Of a stretch of 64,000 bases of DNA, positions 56,885 through 64,000 are shown one piece after another; the first letter of the stretch is position 1; the number at the start of each line of letters is the position of its first letter. The DNA is from Candidatus Margulisiibacteriota bacterium (GTDB lineage: Bacteria; Margulisbacteria; WOR-1; O2-12-FULL-45-9): the NCBI GenBank assembly GCA_034723395.1, contig JAYEOW010000004.1:1-64000 (forward strand), read 5' to 3'. The position numbers and the translations under genes were made by a program. The notes under the pieces are model-generated. The model saw only the letters and a list, made by a program, of their open reading frames with translations. It was not told the DNA's origin and made no database searches.

Positions 56885-59800
56885 GAACGATCTTCAAATG
56901 GTTCGTTGATCACCCAAAACTGATTAACCTCTTCCTGGTCCTGGTCTTGATAATGGGCGGGCTCTCCTTTTTAAACCTAAAACGCAACAGCACGCCAAAT
57001 GTCGATTTTAAGATGATGTTTGTCACTACGATCTACCCGGGGGCGGCACCGGAAGATGTTGAAATCAACGTCACCATCCCCATCGAAGAACAGCTGCAGG
57101 AAGTTTCGGGGATAAAAGATATGGAATCTTTTTCCGGCGAGAATTACTCCCTGGTCTTTGTCGAGATCGACCCGGATGCCAAAGATATCGAAGAAGTAAA
57201 AAGTGATGTTAACAAGGCGGTTGACCGGGTTACCGGCCTGCCTTCCGAAATTTTAGACAAGCCTCTGGTAACCGAGCTAAAAACCGATATTTTCCCGGTC
57301 TTTGAGGTCGCGATCACCGGAAATCACACAATTTCTGAATTCGATCTAAGAAAATATGCTAAAACACTGGAAGATAAGATCCGGCATCTTCCCGGTGTTG
57401 GAGGAACCAGCAAGGTCGGTTACCGCAAAAGAGAGGTCCATATCGAAGTCGATCCGGTAAAAGCCTCCAGACATTACGTATCGCTTGCCGAAGTTATGGT
57501 CGCTATCCGCGCTTCTAACATCCGCTTAAGCGGCGGCAACATCCAATCTCTCACCACCAAGAAAAAGGTCATTACCCTTTCCCAATTCGACGATCCGCTT
57601 GAAGTCAAAGATGTCATCGTCCGCTCGGTATTTTCCGGCAAACGGATCATGGTTTCTGAGGTAGCTGAAGTAAAGGATAGTTTTGAAGAAGAGTCCATTT
57701 TGGTCAGCACCAATAGTGAACCGTGCATCAATATAACGATAAGTAAAAATGCCAATGCAGACGCGGTTAGGGTAGCAAAAAGGGTAAAGGTTTTACTGGA
57801 CGAGTTTAATAAAGAACTTCCTGAAGGTGTCCACGCGCAGATCGTAAAAGATTATTCGGTCTATGTTAACGCCATGCTGCGTGCGGTCATCTCTAATGCC
57901 CTGCTCGGATTCTTACTGGTCCTTTTGTGTTTAATGATCTTCCTCGACCACCGGATCGCCTTTTGGACGGCGCTCGGGATCCCTTTCTCTCTCCTGGTCG
58001 CTTTCTACTTCATGCCCTTTTATGATATCTCAATAACTAATATCTCTTTATTGGGATTTATTATTGTCCTCGGCATGCTGGTCGACGACGCGATCGTCGT
58101 GGCCGAGCATATATTTTCTTATCGGGAAAAAGGATTAGGTCCGATCGAGGCCTCGATCAAAGGGGTATCGGAAATATTCTGGCCGGTCCTGGCTACGGTA
58201 ACCACTACGATCGCCGCTTTCCTCCCGATCCTTTTAATGGGCGGTATCTGGGGCGACTTTATCCGGGCAATCCCGATTGTTATCACCATCGTACTTTTGG
58301 CTTCACTCTTTGAATCGGCCTTTATCCTTCCCTCCCACCTTGCCCACACCCAGTTAAAAAAGAAGGAGAAGCCAAAAATACTCCAATTCTTAGAAAAAGC
58401 ATACCACCGAAATCTCCTGCGAGTACTTAAGCGGAAGTACATGGTCATTGGCGCTTTCCTATTAATATTTTTCTTTTCGATCGGGATCCTCCTCCCCATT
58501 TTAGGATTCCAACTCATGCCCACATCCGATGCGGATGTTTTAATGATTAAACTGGAAACCCCTAAGGGGACTCCGTTACAAGAGACCGAAAAGCGGGTAA
58601 ACGCGGTCGAAAAAATACTGGTTGAAACTATTCCCAAGGATGTCCTCATAAGCTATGTTACCACTTTAGGTGAAAAAGGGACCGATATGTGGGACAGCGT
58701 TAGCGGGATCAGCCAGGACCACTGGGCCAGGATAAACATTAATCTCTCACCGGCGCAAGAGCGTAAAATATCCTCTTTCCAACTTAAAGATAAATTAGAA
58801 GATAGATTCAAAACCTGCAAAGAAAGGGACAAATTTGTTGATATCGGCGTGATTACTCGAGCAGGCGGACCGCCAACTGGAAGGCCCATCGATGTAAGTT
58901 TTATCGGGAACAACGATAAAATCCGCACCAAATTGGGCGATGAATTCTATAATTTTATCAGTAAAAATCCCGCGGTTTCAGATATTTTCCGTAATGATGA
59001 GAAGGGATTAAAAGAGCTAAATATTATTCTCAACCATAATTTAATGAGTGAGCTGGGAATAACCGCCGCAGAGGTGGCCGGCGTGGTCAGGGCAGCGATC
59101 AGCGGCAACGTGGTCACTTCGATCCGCCAAGAGGGAGAAGAGGTCGATTTCCGGGTGATGCTCGACGAAAAATACCGCAACGATCCCCAATTTATCCGGA
59201 ATTTGACTATTCCTAACCGGATGGGAAAACTGATCAGGCTAGGCAGCTTTATCAGCTTTAAAGAAAAATCATCACCGCTTGCTATCTCCCACCAGGAAGG
59301 CGACCGCGTGCTTAACATCACTGCAGAGCTGGATAGAAAAAAACAAGATGCCGGCGAATATAATAAAGCGATCATGGCCAAGTTCGAACCGATGGTCGCC
59401 CAATATCCTGACATGCGGATGACGATCGGCGGTGAGGAGGAGTATGCGCGGGAATCACTGAATAATTTCTTTAATGCAATGGTTTTAGCGCTAATCGTGA
59501 TCTACCTGATATTAGTAGTACTATTCAACTCGTTCACCGAACCGTTTATTGTACTAATGGCCATCCCTTTTGGTTTGGTTGGTGTTATTCTGGCCTTCCT
59601 TATTCACCGTGAACCGATGAGCTTCCTCGGCTTGATCGGCATCCTCGGGCTGGCAGGGGTAGTTGTAAACAATTCTCTGGTTATGCTCAAGTTCCTCAAC
59701 AAAAAAGAGGAAGAAGTTTGCGGCAAAGGTGAAAGGCTCACCCTCGAAACGATCGCGGACGCAGCAATGCTCCGGTTCAGGCCGATCGTTTTGACAACCA

Positions 59801-60036
59801 TAACTACCGTGGCCGGACTGTTGCCCTCACTTTACGGATTATTCGGAGGTCGCGTGGACTTTCTGTTCCCGCTCCTGCTCTCGCTCAGCTGGGGACTGGT
59901 CTTTTCAGCCTTTATCACCCTCTTTTTGATCCCTTCGTTCTATATCGTTGAACGAAATATCAACGTCTGGTTCTCAAAAAAATTCGGGAGAAGCTCAAAA
60001 GAAGATATCTGCCGCCTCGATATATCAAACTATTAA
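56881..60036 (+). CDS. RND efflux permease (AcrB/D/F family)
   Basis: 1051 aa; YPGAAP, GMLVDDAIVVAE, GVVVNNS, RFRPIVLTT motifs. Confidence 0.95.
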   Translation: MRTIFKWFVDHPKLINLFLVLVLIMGGLSFLNLKRNSTPNVDFKMMFVTTIYPGAAPEDVEINVTIPIEEQLQEVSGIKDMESFSGENYSLVFVEIDPDAKDIEEVKSDVNKAVDRVTGLPSEILDKPLVTELKTDIFPVFEVAITGNHTISEFDLRKYAKTLEDKIRHLPGVGGTSKVGYRKREVHIEVDPVKASRHYVSLAEVMVAIRASNIRLSGGNIQSLTTKKKVITLSQFDDPLEVKDVIVRSVFSGKRIMVSEVAEVKDSFEEESILVSTNSEPCINITISKNANADAVRVAKRVKVLLDEFNKELPEGVHAQIVKDYSVYVNAMLRAVISNALLGFLLVLLCLMIFLDHRIAFWTALGIPFSLLVAFYFMPFYDISITNISLLGFIIVLGMLVDDAIVVAEHIFSYREKGLGPIEASIKGVSEIFWPVLATVTTTIAAFLPILLMGGIWGDFIRAIPIVITIVLLASLFESAFILPSHLAHTQLKKKEKPKILQFLEKAYHRNLLRVLKRKYMVIGAFLLIFFFSIGILLPILGFQLMPTSDADVLMIKLETPKGTPLQETEKRVNAVEKILVETIPKDVLISYVTTLGEKGTDMWDSVSGISQDHWARININLSPAQERKISSFQLKDKLEDRFKTCKERDKFVDIGVITRAGGPPTGRPIDVSFIGNNDKIRTKLGDEFYNFISKNPAVSDIFRNDEKGLKELNIILNHNLMSELGITAAEVAGVVRAAISGNVVTSIRQEGEEVDFRVMLDEKYRNDPQFIRNLTIPNRMGKLIRLGSFISFKEKSSPLAISHQEGDRVLNITAELDRKKQDAGEYNKAIMAKFEPMVAQYPDMRMTIGGEEEYARESLNNFFNAMVLALIVIYLILVVLFNSFTEPFIVLMAIPFGLVGVILAFLIHREPMSFLGLIGILGLAGVVVNNSLVMLKFLNKKEEEVCGKGERLTLETIADAAMLRFRPIVLTTITTVAGLLPSLYGLFGGRVDFLFPLLLSLSWGLVFSAFITLFLIPSFYIVERNINVWFSKKFGRSSKEDICRLDISNY

Positions 60037-60069
60037 TCCGCCACGGTTTTATGATATAATTCCGACGTT

Positions 60070-61119
60070 ATGCATTGGAAAGGTGTAATCGAAGAGTATC
60101 GAAAATATCTGCCGGTGGACGAAAATACACCGGTGGTAACCTTTCAAGAAGGTAATACCCCCCTCCTATTTGCCAATAAACTCTCAGAGCTCACCAAATG
60201 TAAGGTTTACCTTAAATATGAAGGAGCAAATCCGTCCGGATCGTTTAAAGACCGCGGCATGTGTATGGCGATCAGCAAGGCAAAGGAGAGAAATTGTAAA
60301 GCAGTTATCTGCGCTTCAACCGGCAACACCTCCGCTTCCGCCGCCGCCTACGCCGTCCGCGCCGGGATGGAATGCATCGTCATTATCCCCAAAGGAAAGA
60401 TCGCGCTGGGAAAACTATCACAGGCGATCATGCATGGAGCAAAGGTTTTTGAAGTCGACGGCAATTTCGACCAAGCCCTGGAACTGGTTAGAGAGATCGG
60501 CGAAAAATATCCGATCGAGATCGTCAACTCAATTAATCCCTATCGGATCGAAGGGCAAAAGACCGGAGCGTTTGAGATCTGCAACCAATTAGATGCCGTT
60601 CCCGATTATCACGCTATCCCCGTCGGTAATGCCGGAAACATTACCGCCTACTGGAAGGGTTATAAAGAATACTACGCGGACAAAAAGATCAGCGGCCTGC
60701 CGAAAATGGTCGGTTTTCAAGCCGAAGGAGCCGCCCCCATCGTGCTCGGCCATCCGGTAAAAAACCCGGAAACGATCGCCACCGCGATCAGGATCGGCAA
60801 TCCGGCCAGTTGGAAGACCGCTGTTGAAGCGGCGGAAGAATCCGGCGGATCGATCTCGATCGTAACCGACCAGGAAATCATTGATACCTATAAACTTATC
60901 GCTAAAAACGAAGGGGTATTTGTCGAACCCGCCTCTGCGGCATCGGTCGCCGGCACACTTAAACTAGTTAAAGCGAGGAAGATCCCTGATGGATCGACAA
61001 TTGTCTGTATCTTAACCGGTCACGGCCTAAAAGATCCCGATAATGCTATCCTACTTGGCGATAAACCGACCTTTATCCCCTGCAAAATGAAAGAGGTTAT
61101 CAAAAAGCTTGGTTACTAA
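60070..61119 (+). CDS. thrC: Threonine synthase
   Basis: [35 protein letters not shown] motifs. Confidence 0.96.
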   Translation: MHWKGVIEEYRKYLPVDENTPVVTFQEGNTPLLFANKLSELTKCKVYLKYEGANPSGSFKDRGMCMAISKAKERNCKAVICASTGNTSASAAAYAVRAGMECIVIIPKGKIALGKLSQAIMHGAKVFEVDGNFDQALELVREIGEKYPIEIVNSINPYRIEGQKTGAFEICNQLDAVPDYHAIPVGNAGNITAYWKGYKEYYADKKISGLPKMVGFQAEGAAPIVLGHPVKNPETIATAIRIGNPASWKTAVEAAEESGGSISIVTDQEIIDTYKLIAKNEGVFVEPASAASVAGTLKLVKARKIPDGSTIVCILTGHGLKDPDNAILLGDKPTFIPCKMKEVIKKLGY

Positions 61120-61120
61120 A

Positions 61121-61222
61121 CCTCACCCCGTCACTCATTTCATTCGTGCCACCCCTCTCCATGGAATGGAGAGGGGAATGAATTTGCCGAAGCTTTTAGC
61201 TGAGGCAAAGAAAGGGGTGAGG
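61121..61222. repeat. Composite REP-like nested palindromic element
   Basis: Outer CCTCACCCC/GGGGTGAGG; inner CCCCTCTCCAT/ATGGAGAGGGG and TTTGCC/GGCAAA. Confidence 0.75.
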
Positions 61223-61223
61223 A

Positions 61224-62390
61224 ATGAAATCACAAGTCGCCATCGTCGAATGCCCCGATTACAATCAGGATAAAGTTGACGCTGCAGTTAAAGATGGTCT
61301 TCAATTGATCGGCGGTCTCGATAAATTTATTAAACCCGGCCAAAAGGTTCTATTAAAAGTCAATGCCTTAATGGATTCATTCCCGGAAGCCGCCGCCACC
61401 ACCCACCCCGCGCTAGTTTCTGCCTTGACCAAAGAAATTGGTAAAATCGGAGCAAGTGCCTTTGTGGGCGACAGCCCGGGGAATGCGTCCGCTAACATCG
61501 CGAAAACAATGGAAAAAGCGGGCTTTACCAAAGCGGTCGAAGAGGCCGGCGGCGGTATATTGAACTTTCAACGCGCAAAAATCGTTGATATTAAAAGTCC
61601 CAGCAATAATAAAAGGATCAAAAAGGTTAAAATATGCCAGGCAGTTTTGGACGCGGATGTGATCATAAATCTGCCAAAGTTAAAAACCCACGGCTGGACC
61701 CTCTTTACCGGTGCGATTAAAAATATGTTCGGGATCGTCCCCGGGTTTTTTAAATCTAAATATCATATCATCGCTCCGCAACCGCATGAATTCTCAGAAT
61801 CATTGGTCGACATCCTAGAGGTCACTAAGCCAACATTAAATATTATGGATGGGATTATCGGCATGGAAGGGCCCGGCCCATCATCCGGACAACCGAGATC
61901 AATGGGAGCCCTCTTCTTTTCGGAAGATGCAGTGGCAATGGATGCGGTCTGCTCTGAAGCAATAAACTATCGTCCTTTTGATATCGATACTACCAAAATT
62001 GCCCATCGGCGAGGGCTGGGAACCGGTGATTTGAAAGAAATTGAGATTGTGGGATCCCCGCTGGAAGCTATAAAAAAATCTGACTGGAAACACGCCTCTA
62101 ATACTTATAGCTTGACCAAGCGGATCCCCAGCTGGCTCAATTGGATATTCAGGCCGGTAACAAAACTGCTCAGGATCGATCCGGTAATTGATCAGGAGAA
62201 ATGCGAAAAATGCCTGATCTGCGTTGAAAATTGTCCGGCAAAAACGATCCATTTTGAAAATAATATCGTAAAAATAGACCTTAAAAATTGTATTATGTGC
62301 TACTGCTGCTCCGAACTCTGCCCTTACAAAGCGATCAAATTAAAAAGAAGCTGGCTGACAAAAAAGATGGGATTCCCGGCTCCAGAATAA
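61224..62390 (+). CDS. DUF362-domain protein with C-terminal 2x[4Fe-4S] domain
   Basis: VLLKVN, TTHP, INLPKLKTH, GAIKNMFG, GMEG.GP motifs; two ferredoxin motifs. Confidence 0.9.
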   Translation: MKSQVAIVECPDYNQDKVDAAVKDGLQLIGGLDKFIKPGQKVLLKVNALMDSFPEAAATTHPALVSALTKEIGKIGASAFVGDSPGNASANIAKTMEKAGFTKAVEEAGGGILNFQRAKIVDIKSPSNNKRIKKVKICQAVLDADVIINLPKLKTHGWTLFTGAIKNMFGIVPGFFKSKYHIIAPQPHEFSESLVDILEVTKPTLNIMDGIIGMEGPGPSSGQPRSMGALFFSEDAVAMDAVCSEAINYRPFDIDTTKIAHRRGLGTGDLKEIEIVGSPLEAIKKSDWKHASNTYSLTKRIPSWLNWIFRPVTKLLRIDPVIDQEKCEKCLICVENCPAKTIHFENNIVKIDLKNCIMCYCCSELCPYKAIKLKRSWLTKKMGFPAPE

Positions 62391-62442
62391 GCCATTCTAC
62401 TTTAGAATTGATGCCAGATCTGCTATAATTTCAGCTTCAGCA

Positions 62443-63543
62443 ATGCCAAAATATGACATTATCATTGTCGCCAACAGTCCTGGAGAGCTCTCCGCGCTGG
62501 TAAAGCCGGTAGCCGAAACCCTGCATAAAAAAATAGAGGACGCCCGGCTAATCCTGGTCCTAACCCCCTGCCAGTACACCAGCGGGAAAGAGATCGAATA
62601 TATAAAAACGATCCGCGGAATATCTGGAGTCATCCCTCAAGAAGAATATTCTAAGTGGATCTTACGTAGCAATAAGCCGAAAATAAATTTTAATGCGAAG
62701 GGCATCGTACTCTATCTTGGCGGCGACCTCGCCCACGCTATTTTAGTTTCGAAAAAAGTTAAATATCCTGCCTACGCTTATGTTCAGGACCGCACCGGAT
62801 GGAATGGATCGTATAAAAAGTTCTTTATCCCGGATGCAAAGGCCAAAAAGAAGCTGAAGTTAAAAAAGAAAGTGAAGATTGTCGGTGATCTTATGGTAGA
62901 TTCGATCGAGACCATGAAAAAATGGGCACCCAAGAAAAACGTGATCACCTTTCTCCCCGGCAGCCGCAGCTGGCAGATAAACCATACTACACCGATCTAT
63001 AAAAAGATTATCGAACATATCAGGGCAGAAATGCCGCAGATCAATTTCCAACTGGTCAGCTCCCCGTTTATAAAAGCTAGGCCGATCAAAGGGGTAAAAA
63101 GAGTCGGGCTGGATGAGGTTTACAACTCGGAGCTGGTGATTACAATTCCAGGGACAAATACGGCGCGCTTAGCCGCGCTGGGAATGCCGATGTTGGTTGT
63201 CTTCCCATTAGATAATTCAGATATTATCCCGCTTGAAGGATTGCCGCATTATATCGGAAAAATCCCTTACATTGGATTGAAATTTAAAAGGGCGCTGATC
63301 GATACGTTAAACAAAAAGATCAAATACTTCGCCTTGCCGAATATGAAAGCAGACCGGGAGATCACCCCCGAGATCCGGGGAGTTGTCGATCCGGCGATCG
63401 TCGCCTTAAAAGCAATCGCATTATTGAAAGATTATGACCAGAGAAAGAAGATGTCGGAAGACCTTAAAAAGGCGATGGGAAAACCAGGCGCGGCAGAAAA
63501 AATAGCGGAGGAGATAGATGAGGCTTTACGCAAAACTGCTTAA
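62443..63543 (+). CDS. LpxB-like glycosyltransferase (lipid-A-disaccharide synthase-related)
   Basis: NSPGE, LPGSR, PGTNT, ALPN...PE motifs; directly upstream of an msbA-like gene. Confidence 0.75.
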   Translation: MPKYDIIIVANSPGELSALVKPVAETLHKKIEDARLILVLTPCQYTSGKEIEYIKTIRGISGVIPQEEYSKWILRSNKPKINFNAKGIVLYLGGDLAHAILVSKKVKYPAYAYVQDRTGWNGSYKKFFIPDAKAKKKLKLKKKVKIVGDLMVDSIETMKKWAPKKNVITFLPGSRSWQINHTTPIYKKIIEHIRAEMPQINFQLVSSPFIKARPIKGVKRVGLDEVYNSELVITIPGTNTARLAALGMPMLVVFPLDNSDIIPLEGLPHYIGKIPYIGLKFKRALIDTLNKKIKYFALPNMKADREITPEIRGVVDPAIVALKAIALLKDYDQRKKMSEDLKKAMGKPGAAEKIAEEIDEALRKTA

Positions 63544-64000
63544 ACATTTAAGGCCATATATCCCGCAGGTTATCGGAGCAACAATCTGCACCGCCCTGGT
63601 GGCCGGATGTACGCTAATGATCGCCCCCTTAGCCGGCTATATTTTTAAGGTGATCGAGGAAAAAGAGGTCAGCATGCTCAATCTAGCCGCCCTGGGGATG
63701 ATCGGACTGTTTTTTTTAAAAGGGATTTTTACTTATGGGCAAGAATATCTATCTTACTTCGTTGTCCACCGGATAATTGTCGACCTTAGGAACCGTGTAT
63801 ACGAACATTTACAAGATTTATCGCTTGATTTTCATATGAAATGGAACACTGGAGAACTGGTCTCACGGGTAATGAACGATATCCAGATCCTTCAAACCAC
63901 CCTTTTCAGCAGTTTTGTCACTATTGTCCCCCACTCATTTCTCCTGACCGGGTTGATCGTTTACATCTTCTGGCTTAATTGGAGACTGGCGCTTTTAACT
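63518..64000 (+). CDS. MsbA-like ABC transporter, N-terminal part (cut by window edge)
   Basis: MRLYAKLLKHLRPY...DLRNRVYEHLQDLSLDF...TGELVSRVMND; GGAGGAG SD. Confidence 0.85.
   Translation, partial: MRLYAKLLKHLRPYIPQVIGATICTALVAGCTLMIAPLAGYIFKVIEEKEVSMLNLAALGMIGLFFLKGIFTYGQEYLSYFVVHRIIVDLRNRVYEHLQDLSLDFHMKWNTGELVSRVMNDIQILQTTLFSSFVTIVPHSFLLTGLIVYIFWLNWRLALLT

Overview
Mostly core chromosome of a diderm, probably anaerobic bacterium. The gene set (ycf45-like AAA/R3H protein, SLH-fused outer-membrane barrel, LpxB-like plus MsbA, four-subunit pyruvate:ferredoxin oxidoreductase) suggests the Margulisbacteria/Saganbacteria (WOR-1) neighbourhood, but that is inference only. Housekeeping genes include nadB, hup, porCDAB, recR/ybaB/dnaX, alr, queH, dapA, uvrB, coaE, comEA/comEC, pnp, rpsO, ribF, queC, purA, aspS/hisS and thrC, plus 6S RNA and tRNA-Gln(CTG). 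The first 2.5 kb is a mobile-element hotspot. It holds the end of an ISL3-type IS, then a 1583-bp unit containing only a large serine recombinase gene, bounded by perfect 75-bp inverted repeats (127-201 and 1635-1709). The right repeat ends on the CCA of tRNA-Gln, and a free-standing LAGLIDADG gene stops exactly at the tRNA 5' end. Other notable signals: a TGAAAT-N16-CGATAT motif upstream of three unrelated genes, a sigma54-type promoter before comEA-comEC, pervasive leaderless-type starts, a PorV-like/SLH and CTD-cargo cluster, and a Mu Com-like zinc finger overlapping the GTG start of aspS. All calls are by eye; no database searches were run.
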